From a phage, in the sequence record PZ154895.1: a stretch of 64,000 bases of DNA; one strand, 5' to 3'. The position numbers were made by a program, and so were the translations under genes. Every line of letters begins with the position of its first letter. Position 1 is the stretch's first letter. The notes under the pieces were generated by a model that had not been told where the DNA came from, did no database searches, and worked only from the letters and a program-made list of their open reading frames with translations. Shown in pieces: positions 47,426 to 57,555 of the stretch.

Positions 47426-47612
47426 CATTAACGATGAATTCATAGCAAATATTGATTACACCGAAGAAGATTCTAGATATGTTGGAATAATTTATATCAC
47501 ATCAAAAGCAGCACAAGGTGTTGTTTGCATGGCTGAATTTGATGAATACTTTTTAGATTATGATGATATGATAGAATGGTCTAAAAGATACATTAAAAGG
47601 AATCTTTTGTGA
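47397..47612 (+). CDS. hypothetical protein
   Basis: 71 aa from ATG 47397. Confidence 0.4.
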   Translation: MHTVKFSTFDINDEFIANIDYTEEDSRYVGIIYITSKAAQGVVCMAEFDEYFLDYDDMIEWSKRYIKRNLL

Positions 47613-49297
47613 AGAATTTTAAACTAAACCGAGTTAGGTATCAAAATATAATGTCAGTAGGTGGAAATCCTATTGACATTCAACTAGATAAGGTTCAAAA
47701 AACTCTTATTACTGGGCGAAATGGTGGTGGTAAGTCTACTATGTTAGAAGCCATCACATTTGGGCTTTTTGGCAAGCCATTTCGTGATGTAAAGAAAGGT
47801 CAATTAATAAACAGCACAAATAAGAAAGAACTTTTAGTTGAACTGTGGATGGAATATGATGAGAAAAAGTACTATATCAAAAGAGGACAAAAACCAAACG
47901 TTTTCGAAATCACCGTTAACGGTACACGTCTTAATGAATCTGCCAGCAGTAAAGATTTCCAAGCAGAATTTGAACAGCTTATCGGAATGTCATATGCCAG
48001 TTTCAAGCAGATTGTTGTCCTTGGTACAGCAGGGTATACCCCTTTCATGGGTTTGTCGACCCCTGCGCGAAGAAAGCTTGTGGAAGACCTGCTCGAGGTA
48101 GGAACATTAGCTGAAATGGATAAGCTTAATAAAGCACTAATACGTGAATTAAATTCACAAAACCAAGTGCTTGATGTTAAAAAAGATAGTATTATCCAAC
48201 AAATTAAAATATATAATGATAACGTTGAACGCCAGAAAAAATTAACTGGTGATAACCTTACTCGTCTGCAGAACATGTATGATGATTTGGCAAAAGAAGC
48301 TAGAACGTTAAAATCGGAAATAGAAGAAGCTAATGAAAGATTAGTTAATATTGTTTTGGATGAAGACCCGACTGATGCATTTAATAAAATCGGTCAAGAA
48401 GCATTTTTAATTAAATCAAAAATTGACTCGTATAATAAAGTCATTAATATGTATCACGAAGGTGGATTATGTCCAACCTGTTTGTCACAATTAAGTTCCG
48501 GTGATAAAGTTGTTTCTAAAATTAAAGATAAAGTTTCTGAATGCACGCATTCATTTGAACAGCTTTCAACACATCGTGATAATTTAAAAGTTCTTGTTGA
48601 TGAATACCGAGATAATATTAAAACCCAGCAGACGTTGGCAAATGATATTCGCAATAAAAAGCAATCCTTAATCACGACGGTAGATAAAGCTAAAAAAGTT
48701 AAAGCGGCTATAGAAAAAGCATCATCTGAGTTTATTGACCATGCTGATGAAATAGCACTGCTTCAAGAAGAACTTGATAAAATTGTTAAGACAAAAACTA
48801 ATTTAGTAATGGAAAAATACCACAGAGGAATTTTGACTGATATGCTCAAAGATTCTGGTATTAAAGGTGCTATTATTAAAAAGTACATTCCATTATTTAA
48901 TAAGCAGATTAACCATTATCTTAAAATAATGGAAGCGGATTATGTGTTTACATTAGATGAAGAATTTAATGAAACAATTAAATCCCGTGGTCGTGAAGAT
49001 TTTAGTTATGCTTCATTTAGTCAAGGTGAAAAAGCACGAATTGATATTGCTCTTTTATTTACTTGGCGTGATATTGCTGAAAAAGTTTCAGGTGTTAAAA
49101 TAAGCTGTTTATTTCTTGATGAAGTATATGACGGTGCATTTGATGCTGAAGGTATTAAAAATGTAGCTAAAATTTTAGATGGTTTGAAGGATACCAACTT
49201 CTTCATAATTTCGCATAAAGACCATGACCCACAAGAATATGGTCAGCATATTCAGATGGAAAAAGTTGGTAGATTTAGTTTAGCTAAGATTAGCTAG
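47609..49297 (+). CDS. 46: recombination endonuclease subunit gp46 (Rad50-like)
   Basis: 562 aa; Walker A GRNGGGKST; central coiled coil with CPTC zinc hook; signature SQGEKARI; Walker B FLDE. Confidence 0.92.
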   Translation: MKNFKLNRVRYQNIMSVGGNPIDIQLDKVQKTLITGRNGGGKSTMLEAITFGLFGKPFRDVKKGQLINSTNKKELLVELWMEYDEKKYYIKRGQKPNVFEITVNGTRLNESASSKDFQAEFEQLIGMSYASFKQIVVLGTAGYTPFMGLSTPARRKLVEDLLEVGTLAEMDKLNKALIRELNSQNQVLDVKKDSIIQQIKIYNDNVERQKKLTGDNLTRLQNMYDDLAKEARTLKSEIEEANERLVNIVLDEDPTDAFNKIGQEAFLIKSKIDSYNKVINMYHEGGLCPTCLSQLSSGDKVVSKIKDKVSECTHSFEQLSTHRDNLKVLVDEYRDNIKTQQTLANDIRNKKQSLITTVDKAKKVKAAIEKASSEFIDHADEIALLQEELDKIVKTKTNLVMEKYHRGILTDMLKDSGIKGAIIKKYIPLFNKQINHYLKIMEADYVFTLDEEFNETIKSRGREDFSYASFSQGEKARIDIALLFTWRDIAEKVSGVKISCLFLDEVYDGAFDAEGIKNVAKILDGLKDTNFFIISHKDHDPQEYGQHIQMEKVGRFSLAKIS

Positions 49298-50006
49298 GTT
49301 TATATTTACAGTTATCATTATGCCATCTTGATAAATTTCCGAAAGTGGTAACTTTACCACAATGGACGCAAGTACCAGTCTTTTCAGTTTTCTTGCGTCC
49401 ATTTGGATTTTTCTTGCAGAAATTTCTATGCGCTGCGATAACGCATTTCTTGCCTATCATTCCACAGAATTCGCAGGATGTTTCTTCAAGAACGATTGCT
49501 TTAAGCCCGTTTGAGATATTATTTCTGTGTTCTTTAGACATTGGTGGTCTAACTTTAGGATTAGGGTGATTTGGACAGTTATCAAAATGCCAACGATTCA
49601 TATTCCCGCTTAATCCAGACTTACCGCAATGAGGACAAGTTAGTCTTGCTTTATTAGCTACTGCATCAGACATTTTCTTTCGTGTCTCCTGGGAGAATTC
49701 TTTGTTCTTTTCTATTTCCCAGAGTTTACGACGAATCCAACCGAAAGTTTTATTGTTGCGTTTAGCGTATTTCGTGGAAACTGTCATCATGTTAGCAGCA
49801 TAGACTAATTTTGGTTCAGAAGGATAAATTTTTACTAAAAGTTGATGAGCTACATAGTGCTCTTCTGGCGTTAAATCTACTAAGTTTGAAGCATCATCAC
49901 TACCGTTTAAACAGCGTGGTATAATGTGATGAGATTCAGTATAGCAATCAAGTTTTCGAGATTTAGCATTAGAGATTAACTTTTCATAAATTAGTTTATA
50001 ATTCAT
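49290..50006 (-). CDS. HNH homing endonuclease
   Basis: 238 aa on opposite strand; HNH motif ESHHIIPRCLNGSDDASNLVDLTPEEHYVAH; Cys-rich C-terminal repeats. Confidence 0.85.
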   Translation of the reverse strand: MNYKLIYEKLISNAKSRKLDCYTESHHIIPRCLNGSDDASNLVDLTPEEHYVAHQLLVKIYPSEPKLVYAANMMTVSTKYAKRNNKTFGWIRRKLWEIEKNKEFSQETRKKMSDAVANKARLTCPHCGKSGLSGNMNRWHFDNCPNHPNPKVRPPMSKEHRNNISNGLKAIVLEETSCEFCGMIGKKCVIAAHRNFCKKNPNGRKKTEKTGTCVHCGKVTTFGNLSRWHNDNCKYKPS

Positions 50007-50057
50007 AACATATCCTTTTGATACAGCGAGTGATAAACATATTTATACGGAGGAACT

Positions 50058-50249
50058 GTGGCAGAATATTTAACTGGACAGCATCTATTAACTATTCCTG
50101 AAATAAAACGATATATTCTGAGAAATAATTTTTCTAATGAAGAGCATATAGTTACTGAATCTATGCTTAAGAATGCATTTAAATCAGAATATACGAAAAT
50201 AATGTCCAACAGGAATGAAGCTTGGACTGTTACTGATTATTATGACTAA
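50058..50249 (+). CDS. hypothetical protein (45.2 position)
   Basis: 63 aa. Confidence 0.5.
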   Translation: MAEYLTGQHLLTIPEIKRYILRNNFSNEEHIVTESMLKNAFKSEYTKIMSNRNEAWTVTDYYD

Positions 50250-50258
50250 AGGTGTATT

Positions 50259-50648
50259 ATGACTAAAATTACTGTGAATTATACTGTTGATGTAAAAGAT
50301 ATTCAGCCAAAACACGTGCGTTCTGAATCAAATCCGCAAAACCAAAATAAAATTCGTCGAGCATGGGTTTTGTCTCTTTCTGATAACGCAATGGAAGTTA
50401 TTCAGAATAAAATTAAATCTGCACCTGCTCGTCATGCGTATTATGAAGCTATCGATCGTGAAGTGAGTGATAAATGGATTGAACTAATGCGCAAACATAC
50501 GACAGAATCTCTAAATGCTGGCGCTAAATTTATTATGACTTCATGCGGTGAACGCCTTGAAGATGATTATTGCGGTAATGCAGATGAACGTCTAATTGTT
50601 GCTGCTCAAATTGTTGCGGAAACAATTGCTGCTGATTTTAATCGTTAA
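50259..50648 (+). CDS. rpbA: RNA polymerase binding protein RpbA (by position and length)
   Basis: 129 aa directly upstream of gene 45. Confidence 0.6.
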   Translation: MTKITVNYTVDVKDIQPKHVRSESNPQNQNKIRRAWVLSLSDNAMEVIQNKIKSAPARHAYYEAIDREVSDKWIELMRKHTTESLNAGAKFIMTSCGERLEDDYCGNADERLIVAAQIVAETIAADFNR

Positions 50649-50703
50649 TTGCTTTATTAAATTAGTTATAAAATTAAATCTCATTTGAATTGAAGGAAAT
50701 TAC

Positions 50704-51390
50704 ATGAAACTGTCTAAAGATACTACTGCTCTGCTTAAAAATTTCGCTACTATTAACTCCGGTATTATGCTTAAATCCGGTCAATTTATTATGACTCGCG
50801 CAGTTAATGGTACAACTTATGCAGAAGCAAATATTTCTGACACTATTGATTTTGATGTAGCAATTTACGATTTGAACGGTTTTCTCGGTATTCTGTCTCT
50901 AGTTAATGACGATGCAGAAATTTCCCAGTCAGAAGATGGAAATATTAAAATTGCTGATGCCCGTTCAACAATTTTTTGGCCAGCAGCCGATCCGAGTACA
51001 GTAGTTGCTCCTAATAAACCAATTCCATTCCCGGTAGCATCTGTTGTTACTGAAATTAAAGCTGAAGACCTTCAACAACTGTTGCGTGTATCTCGCGGTC
51101 TGCAGATTGATACAATTGCTATCACAGTAAAAGAAGGTAAAATCGTAATTAACGGTTTTAATAAAGTAGAAGATTCTGCTTTGACCCGTGTTAAATATTC
51201 TTTGACTCTTGGTGATTATGATGGTGAAAATACATTTAATTTCATTATCAATATGGCAAATATGAAAATGCAACCAGGAAATTATAAACTTCTGCTCTGG
51301 GCAAAAGGTAAACAAGGCGCTGCTAAATTTGAAGGTGAACATGCGAATTATGTAGTAGCTCTTGAAGCTGATTCTACCCACGATTTTTAA
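50704..51390 (+). CDS. 45: sliding clamp gp45
   Basis: 228 aa, synteny 45-44-62-regA-43. Confidence 0.9.
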   Translation: MKLSKDTTALLKNFATINSGIMLKSGQFIMTRAVNGTTYAEANISDTIDFDVAIYDLNGFLGILSLVNDDAEISQSEDGNIKIADARSTIFWPAADPSTVVAPNKPIPFPVASVVTEIKAEDLQQLLRVSRGLQIDTIAITVKEGKIVINGFNKVEDSALTRVKYSLTLGDYDGENTFNFIINMANMKMQPGNYKLLLWAKGKQGAAKFEGEHANYVVALEADSTHDF

Positions 51391-51394
51391 TAAA

Positions 51395-51410
51395 GGGCTT
51401 CGGCCCTTTA
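51395..51410 (+). terminator. terminator/attenuator hairpin after gene 45
   Basis: GGGC-TTCG-GCCC followed by TTTA. Confidence 0.6.
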
Positions 51411-51441
51411 TAATTTACACTAAAACTTGAATGAGGAAATT

Positions 51442-52401
51442 ATGATTACTGTAAATGAAAAAGAACACATTCTTGAACAGAAATATCGTCCATCTACTAT
51501 CGATGAATGTATTCTTCCCGCCTTTGATAAAGAAACCTTTAAATCTATTACAAGTAAAGGTAAGATTCCACATATTATTCTTCATTCTCCTTCTCCAGGA
51601 ACAGGTAAAACAACTGTAGCAAAAGCATTGTGTCATGATGTAAATGCTGATATGATGTTTGTGAATGGGTCAGATTGTAAAATTGATTTCGTTCGTGGTC
51701 CTTTGACTAATTTTGCTAGTGCAGCTTCATTTGATGGTCGTCAAAAAGTAATTGTTATTGATGAATTTGACCGTTCAGGGTTAGCAGAGTCTCAGCGACA
51801 TCTTCGTTCCTTTATGGAAGCTTATAGTTCAAACTGTAGTATTATTATTACTGCTAACAATATTGATGGTATTATTAAACCGCTTCAGTCACGCTGCCGA
51901 GTTATTACGTTCGGTCAACCGACCGATGAAGATAAAATTGAAATGATGAAGCAGATGATTCGTCGATTGACTGAAATCTGTAAGCATGAAGGAATTGCTA
52001 TAGCTGATATGAAAGTTGTAGCAGCTTTGGTTAAAAAGAATTTTCCTGATTTTCGTAAAACTATTGGTGAGCTCGATAGTTATTCATCTAAAGGTGTTTT
52101 GGATGCTGGTATTTTATCACTGGTTACTAACGATCGTGGTGCTATTGATGATGTTCTTGAGTCTCTCAAAAATAAAGATGTTAAACAGCTCAGAGCTTTA
52201 GCACCAAAATATGCAGCTGATTATTCGTGGTTCGTTGGTAAACTTGCCGAAGAAATCTATACACGTGTAACTCCGCAAAGTATTATTCGTATGTATGAAA
52301 TTGTTGGTGAAAATAACCAGTATCATGGAATTGCGGCTAATACGGAATTACATTTAGCATATCTTTTCATTCAATTAGCATGCGAAATGCAGTGGAAGTG
52401 A
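51442..52401 (+). CDS. 44: clamp loader large subunit gp44
   Basis: 319 aa from ATG 51442; Walker [11 protein letters not shown]; SRC motif. Confidence 0.93.
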   Translation: MITVNEKEHILEQKYRPSTIDECILPAFDKETFKSITSKGKIPHIILHSPSPGTGKTTVAKALCHDVNADMMFVNGSDCKIDFVRGPLTNFASAASFDGRQKVIVIDEFDRSGLAESQRHLRSFMEAYSSNCSIIITANNIDGIIKPLQSRCRVITFGQPTDEDKIEMMKQMIRRLTEICKHEGIAIADMKVVAALVKKNFPDFRKTIGELDSYSSKGVLDAGILSLVTNDRGAIDDVLESLKNKDVKQLRALAPKYAADYSWFVGKLAEEIYTRVTPQSIIRMYEIVGENNQYHGIAANTELHLAYLFIQLACEMQWK

Positions 52402-52402
52402 T

Positions 52403-52966
52403 ATGAGCTTATTTGAAGATGATATTCAATTAAACGAGCATCAAGTTGCTTGGTATTCAAAAGATTGGACAGCTGTCCAATCTGCTGCTGATTCTTTCAA
52501 GGAAAAAGCTGAAAATGAATTTTTTGAAATAATTGGGGCTATCAATAATAAAACTAAATGCTCTATTGCTCAAAAAGATTATTCAAAATACATGGTTGAG
52601 AATGCATTATCACAATTTCCTGAATGCATGCCAGCTGTATATGCTATGAATTTAATTGGATCAGGTTTAAGCGATGAAGCCCATTTTAATTACCTGATGG
52701 CTGCTGTTCCTCGGGGTAAAAGATATGGTAAATGGGCAAAACTGGTCGAAGATTCTACTGAAGTATTGATTATTAAGTTACTTGCTAAGCGGTATCAAGT
52801 TAATACAAATGATGCAATTAACTATAAATCAATTCTTACTAAAAATGGAAAACTTCCTTTAGTATTAAAAGAACTAAAAGGTTTAGTCACGGATGATTTT
52901 TTGAAAGAAGTGACTAAGAACGTAAAAGAACAGAAACAACTCAAAAAACTAGCATTGGAATGGTAA
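52403..52966 (+). CDS. 62: clamp loader small subunit gp62
   Basis: 187 aa, ATGA-coupled to gene 44. Confidence 0.9.
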   Translation: MSLFEDDIQLNEHQVAWYSKDWTAVQSAADSFKEKAENEFFEIIGAINNKTKCSIAQKDYSKYMVENALSQFPECMPAVYAMNLIGSGLSDEAHFNYLMAAVPRGKRYGKWAKLVEDSTEVLIIKLLAKRYQVNTNDAINYKSILTKNGKLPLVLKELKGLVTDDFLKEVTKNVKEQKQLKKLALEW

Positions 52967-52967
52967 A

Positions 52968-53336
52968 ATGATTGAAATTACTCTTAAAAAACCTGAAGAT
53001 TTTCTGAAAGTAAAAGAAACTTTGACTCGCATGGGAATTGCTAATAATAAAGATAAAGTTCTGTATCAGTCCTGTCATATTCTTCAGAAAAAAGGACTAT
53101 ACTATATCGTTCATTTTAAAGAAATGCTTCGTATGGATGGTCGCCAGGTTGAAATGACAGAAGAAGATGAAGTTCGTCGTGATTCGATTGCATGGCTGTT
53201 AGAAGATTGGGGGCTGATTGAAATCGTTCCTGGTCAAAGAACTTTTATGAAAGATTTAACCAATAACTTCCGAGTTATTTCTTTTAAACAAAAACATGAA
53301 TGGAAACTCGTTCCAAAATATACGATTGGTAATTAA
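52968..53336 (+). CDS. regA: translational repressor RegA
   Basis: 122 aa, position between 62 and 43. Confidence 0.88.
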   Translation: MIEITLKKPEDFLKVKETLTRMGIANNKDKVLYQSCHILQKKGLYYIVHFKEMLRMDGRQVEMTEEDEVRRDSIAWLLEDWGLIEIVPGQRTFMKDLTNNFRVISFKQKHEWKLVPKYTIGN

Positions 53337-53337
53337 T

Positions 53338-53559
53338 ATGACTGCTATAACCCCGCAAGAATACATGGCGTCTCTTAAAGAAAAATATAATCTTTCTGCA
53401 ACAGAAACACTTTTTGATTTACCAGAAAATCTCCAACTAAAATTTCAGGTAGAATTTCAAAAATTAGTTCACCCAGAACAAAAACACTTTACCGCAGTGG
53501 TTAAGTCAATTAATGCAGATGGATTGACAATTTTTCACCGACAAATGGTATTAATTTAA
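53338..53559 (+). CDS. hypothetical protein
   Basis: 73 aa from ATG 53338; terminator at 53563-53583. Confidence 0.45.
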   Translation: MTAITPQEYMASLKEKYNLSATETLFDLPENLQLKFQVEFQKLVHPEQKHFTAVVKSINADGLTIFHRQMVLI

Positions 53560-53562
53560 GCA

Positions 53563-53583
53563 AGGGGCTTCGGCCCCTTATTT
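53563..53583 (+). terminator. terminator hairpin upstream of gene 43
   Basis: AGGGGC-TTCG-GCCCCT followed by TATTT. Confidence 0.6.
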
Positions 53584-53637
53584 AGAGTATAATATATCAA
53601 GAGCCTAATAACTCGGGCTATAAACTAAGGAATATCT

Positions 53638-56334
53638 ATGAAAGAATTTTATATCTCTATCGAAACAGTCGGAAATAATATTGTTGAGCGTTATATTGAT
53701 GAAAACGGAAAGGAACGTACTCGTGAAGTAGAATATCTTCCGACTATGTTTAGGCATTGTAAGGAAGAGTCAAAGTACAAAGACATTTACGGTAAAAATT
53801 GCGCTCCTCAAAAATTTCCATCAATGAAAGATGCACGAGACTGGATGAAGCGAATGGAAGACATCGGTCTCGAAGCTCTTGGTATGAACGATTTTAAACT
53901 CGCTTATATCAGTGATACATATGGTTCAGAAATTGTTTATGACCGAAAATTTGTTCGTGTAGCTAACTGTGACATTGAGGTTACTGGCGATAAATTTCCT
54001 GACCCAATGAAAGCAGAATATGAAATTGATGCTATCACTCATTATGATTCAATTGACGACCGTTTTTACGTCTTTGATTTGTTGAATTCAATGTACGGTT
54101 CAGTATCAAAATGGGATGCAAAGTTAGCTGCTAAACTTGACTGTGAAGGTGGTGATGAAGTTCCTCAAGAAATTCTTGACCGAGTAATTTATATGCCATT
54201 TGATAATGAGCGTGATATGCTCATGGAATATATTAATCTCTGGGAACAGAAACGACCTGCTATTTTTACTGGTTGGAATATTGAGGGATTTGACGTTCCG
54301 TATATCATGAATCGCGTTAAAATGGTTCTTGGTGAACGTAGTATGAAACGCTTCTCTCCAATCGGTCGAGTAAAATCTAAACTAATTCAAAATATGTACG
54401 GTAGCAAAGAAATTTATTCTATTGATGGCGTATCTATTCTTGATTATTTAGATTTGTACAAGAAATTCGCATTTACTAATTTGCCATCATTCTCTTTGGA
54501 ATCAGTTGCTCAACATGAAACCAAAAAAGGTAAATTGCCGTACGATGGTCCTATTAATAAACTTCGTGAGACTAATCATCAACGATACATTAGTTATAAC
54601 ATTATTGACGTAGAATCAGTTCAAGCAATTGATAAAATTCGTGGGTTTATCGATCTAGTTTTAAGTATGTCTTATTATGCTAAAATGCCTTTTTCTGGTG
54701 TAATGAGTCCTATTAAAACTTGGGATGCTATTATTTTTAACTCACTGAAAAGTGAACATAAGGTTATTCCTCAACAAGGTTCGCACGTTAAGCAGAGTTT
54801 TCCAGGCGCATTTGTGTTTGAACCTAAACCGATTGCCCGTCGATACATTATGAGTTTTGACTTGACATCTCTGTATCCTAGCATTATTCGTCAGGTTAAC
54901 ATTAGTCCTGAGACTATTCGTGGACAGTTTAAAGTTCATCCAATTCATGAATATATCGCAGGAACAGCTCCTAAGCCAAGTGATGAATATTCTTGTTCTC
55001 CGAATGGATGGATGTATGATAAGCACCAAGAAGGTATCATTCCAAAGGAAATCGCTAAAGTATTTTTCCAGCGTAAAGATTGGAAAAAGAAAATGTTCGC
55101 CGAAGAAATGAATGCCGAAGCTATTAAAAAGATTATTATGAAAGGTGCAGGGTCTTGCTCAACTAAGCCAGAAGTTGAACGATATGTTAAGTTCAGTGAT
55201 GATTTCTTAAATGAATTATCGAATTACACCGAATCTGTTCTTAATAGTCTGATCGAAGAATGTGAAAAAGCAGCTACACTTGCTAACACAAATCAGCTGA
55301 ACCGTAAAATTCTTATCAACAGTCTTTATGGTGCTCTTGGTAATATTCATTTCCGTTACTATGATTTGCGAAATGCTACTGCTATCACAATTTTTGGTCA
55401 AGTTGGTATTCAGTGGATTGCTCGTAAAATTAATGAATATCTGAATAAAGTGTGTGGAACTGATGGTGAAGATTTCATCGCAGCAGGTGATACTGATTCG
55501 GTATATGTTTGTGTAGATAAAGTAATTGAAAAAGTAGGTCTTGACCGCTTTAAAGAACAAAATGATTTAGTTGAATTCATGAATCAGTTTGGTAAGAAAA
55601 AGATGGAACCTATGATTGATGTTGCATATCGTGAGTTATGTGATTATATGAATAACCGCGAGCATCTGATGCATATGGACCGTGAAGCTATTTCTTGCCC
55701 TCCACTCGGTTCAAAGGGTGTTGGTGGATTTTGGAAAGCGAAAAAACGTTATGCTCTGAACGTTTATGATATGGAAGATAAGCGATTTGCTGAACCACAT
55801 CTAAAAATCATGGGTATGGAAACTCAACAGAGTTCAACACCAAAAGCAGTGCAAGAAGCTCTCGAAGAAAGTATTCGTCGTATTCTTCAGGAAGGTGAAG
55901 AGTCTGTCCAAGAATACTATAAGAACTTTGAGAAAGAATACCGTCAACTTGACTATAAAGTTATTGCTGAAGTAAAAACCGCGAACGATATAGCAAAATA
56001 TGACGATAAGGGTTGGCCAGGATTTAAATGTCCGTTCCATATTCGTGGTGTGCTAACTTATCGTCGAGCTGTTAGCGGTTTAGGTGTAGCTCCAATTTTG
56101 GATGGAAATAAGGTAATGGTTCTTCCGTTACGTGAGGGAAATCCATTTGGTGACAAGTGTATTGCTTGGCCGTCGGGCACAGAACTTCCAAAAGAAATTC
56201 GTTCTGATGTACTGTCTTGGATTGACTACTCAACTTTGTTCCAAAAATCGTTTGTTAAACCGCTTGCGGGCATGTGTGAATCGGCAGGTATGGACTATGA
56301 GGAAAAAGCTTCGTTAGACTTCCTGTTTGGCTGA
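53638..56334 (+). CDS. 43: DNA polymerase gp43 (family B)
   Basis: 898 aa; exonuclease and polymerase motifs (YGDTDS-like AAGDTDSVY). Confidence 0.96.
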   Translation: MKEFYISIETVGNNIVERYIDENGKERTREVEYLPTMFRHCKEESKYKDIYGKNCAPQKFPSMKDARDWMKRMEDIGLEALGMNDFKLAYISDTYGSEIVYDRKFVRVANCDIEVTGDKFPDPMKAEYEIDAITHYDSIDDRFYVFDLLNSMYGSVSKWDAKLAAKLDCEGGDEVPQEILDRVIYMPFDNERDMLMEYINLWEQKRPAIFTGWNIEGFDVPYIMNRVKMVLGERSMKRFSPIGRVKSKLIQNMYGSKEIYSIDGVSILDYLDLYKKFAFTNLPSFSLESVAQHETKKGKLPYDGPINKLRETNHQRYISYNIIDVESVQAIDKIRGFIDLVLSMSYYAKMPFSGVMSPIKTWDAIIFNSLKSEHKVIPQQGSHVKQSFPGAFVFEPKPIARRYIMSFDLTSLYPSIIRQVNISPETIRGQFKVHPIHEYIAGTAPKPSDEYSCSPNGWMYDKHQEGIIPKEIAKVFFQRKDWKKKMFAEEMNAEAIKKIIMKGAGSCSTKPEVERYVKFSDDFLNELSNYTESVLNSLIEECEKAATLANTNQLNRKILINSLYGALGNIHFRYYDLRNATAITIFGQVGIQWIARKINEYLNKVCGTDGEDFIAAGDTDSVYVCVDKVIEKVGLDRFKEQNDLVEFMNQFGKKKMEPMIDVAYRELCDYMNNREHLMHMDREAISCPPLGSKGVGGFWKAKKRYALNVYDMEDKRFAEPHLKIMGMETQQSSTPKAVQEALEESIRRILQEGEESVQEYYKNFEKEYRQLDYKVIAEVKTANDIAKYDDKGWPGFKCPFHIRGVLTYRRAVSGLGVAPILDGNKVMVLPLREGNPFGDKCIAWPSGTELPKEIRSDVLSWIDYSTLFQKSFVKPLAGMCESAGMDYEEKASLDFLFG

Positions 56335-56347
56335 TAGAATAAATCTA

Positions 56348-56368
56348 GGGACCTCCGGGTCCCTTTTT
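56348..56368 (+). terminator. rho-independent terminator after gene 43
   Basis: gggacc-TCCG-ggtccc followed by TTTTT. Confidence 0.75.
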
Positions 56369-56436
56369 CATACAAGTAATATAAATCTATACTTAGGAAA
56401 AATAGATGATTCTAGGTCCTGTAAATTCATTAAAAA

Positions 56437-56494
56437 TTTTTTCACAAAACTGTTTACATCCCCGTTCTTCCATGGTACTATACAACTATCAACT
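56437..56494 (+). repeat. repeated promoter/leader cassette, copy A2
   Basis: near-identical to 12915-12973; spurious upstream ORF extensions translate to the same peptide FFTKLFTS.FF.GTIQLST. Confidence 0.75.
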
Positions 56495-56515
56495 GATATG
56501 GATTTGGAGAATAAA

Positions 56516-56752
56516 ATGAAAATTGTTTATGGTTGTTTAGCAGTGTGTTTAGTTGCATTAGCAACTGTTCCATTTATTGATATTGAAAATGACACTCAGA
56601 ATGTGATTGAATCTAATACTATTATTCACATGAATGGTAAAGTATCAACAAAAATTGATGATAATCTTCATATGAATACTAATGGAACGTTGGGTGTTCA
56701 ATTAGGTAATACCTGTGTAAGCACTACTGGAGTAATTACTACTTGTATTTGA
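56516..56752 (+). CDS. small secreted protein
   Basis: 78 aa from ATG 56516; N-terminal signal peptide; preceded by repeated promoter cassette. Confidence 0.5.
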   Translation: MKIVYGCLAVCLVALATVPFIDIENDTQNVIESNTIIHMNGKVSTKIDDNLHMNTNGTLGVQLGNTCVSTTGVITTCI

Positions 56753-56762
56753 GGAAATTATT

Positions 56763-57143
56763 ATGAAAATCGCTATTTTGGTTATTGCATTAGGTCTTAC
56801 TGGCTGTGTAGCTCAAGGACCAGTAGTAAATCAGTCTGATGTAGGAAAAATTGTAAACTGTTCAAGCAAATTTTATAATCCTAACGTCAAGTGTTATAAA
56901 GAAGCTCCAAAACAGACAGTAGAACAAATGCAGGCGAATTTTGACGAAGCTATTCGTCCAGATGAATCTGCTCAAGCATATCGTAATTCAGATGTGATTA
57001 CACGTGAAGAAAAAATTGAAAACTACTGTGCTGAACTTTGGGCAAATTGGGCTAATAATTACCAATGGCGTACCGGTAAAAATGCTCCGATGGAGTATGT
57101 AGTAAATTCTTATAATTCATGCGTAAAAAATTTGACTAAGTGA
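56763..57143 (+). CDS. lipoprotein
   Basis: 126 aa; lipobox LTGC after hydrophobic signal. Confidence 0.55.
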   Translation: MKIAILVIALGLTGCVAQGPVVNQSDVGKIVNCSSKFYNPNVKCYKEAPKQTVEQMQANFDEAIRPDESAQAYRNSDVITREEKIENYCAELWANWANNYQWRTGKNAPMEYVVNSYNSCVKNLTK

Positions 57144-57150
57144 GGAAAAC

Positions 57151-57402
57151 ATGGAAACTTTAGTAGCAGGTTCAATTTTTATGGTTTTAGTTTCAGGCGT
57201 GTTGGCTATTATTATATACATGCTTCCATGGTTCATCGCCTTGATGCGTGGGTCAAAATCGACAGTAGGAATCTTTTTCACATCTTTACTGTTTAACTGG
57301 TCAATCATTGGTTGGTTTATTACATTTATTTGGTCAATTGCAGGTGAAACTAAAAAATCTGTACAGCAAAATCAAGTAATTATCATCAGAGAGAAGGAAT
57401 GA
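57151..57402 (+). CDS. imm: superinfection immunity membrane protein Imm
   Basis: 83 aa, two TM helices, position between 43 and 42. Confidence 0.75.
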   Translation: METLVAGSIFMVLVSGVLAIIIYMLPWFIALMRGSKSTVGIFFTSLLFNWSIIGWFITFIWSIAGETKKSVQQNQVIIIREKE

Positions 57403-57548
57403 AAAGCAAAATTTTAGCAGTATTGCTTTTAATCTTGATGATTATAATAAGTATATACTATAGCGTAACAGTTCCTTGTATGATTCCAACGCTTATTATA
57501 GGGTGGAGTTTATTACTGTTACAAGTTAAATATGAATGCATCAATTGA
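57399..57548 (+). CDS. small hydrophobic peptide
   Basis: 49 aa two-helix membrane peptide, ATGA-coupled to imm; not in ORF track. Confidence 0.35.
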   Translation: MKSKILAVLLLILMIIISIYYSVTVPCMIPTLIIGWSLLLLQVKYECIN

Positions 57549-57555
57549 GGTTTAA

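Noticed and set aside
47838-49206. Nested ORFs inside gene 46 (47838-48101, 47872-48276 minus, 48454-48675 minus, 49021-49206 minus)
   Set aside because: They overlap the conserved Rad50-like gene, and no independent start or promoter signals were seen.
12951-56494. Possible CRISPR array suggested by the exactly repeated 23-nt motif GGTACTATACAACTATCAACTAC
   Set aside because: Copies are 1.4 to 43 kb apart, not regularly spaced, and each sits in a promoter/leader upstream of a gene; these are promoter cassettes, not CRISPR repeats.
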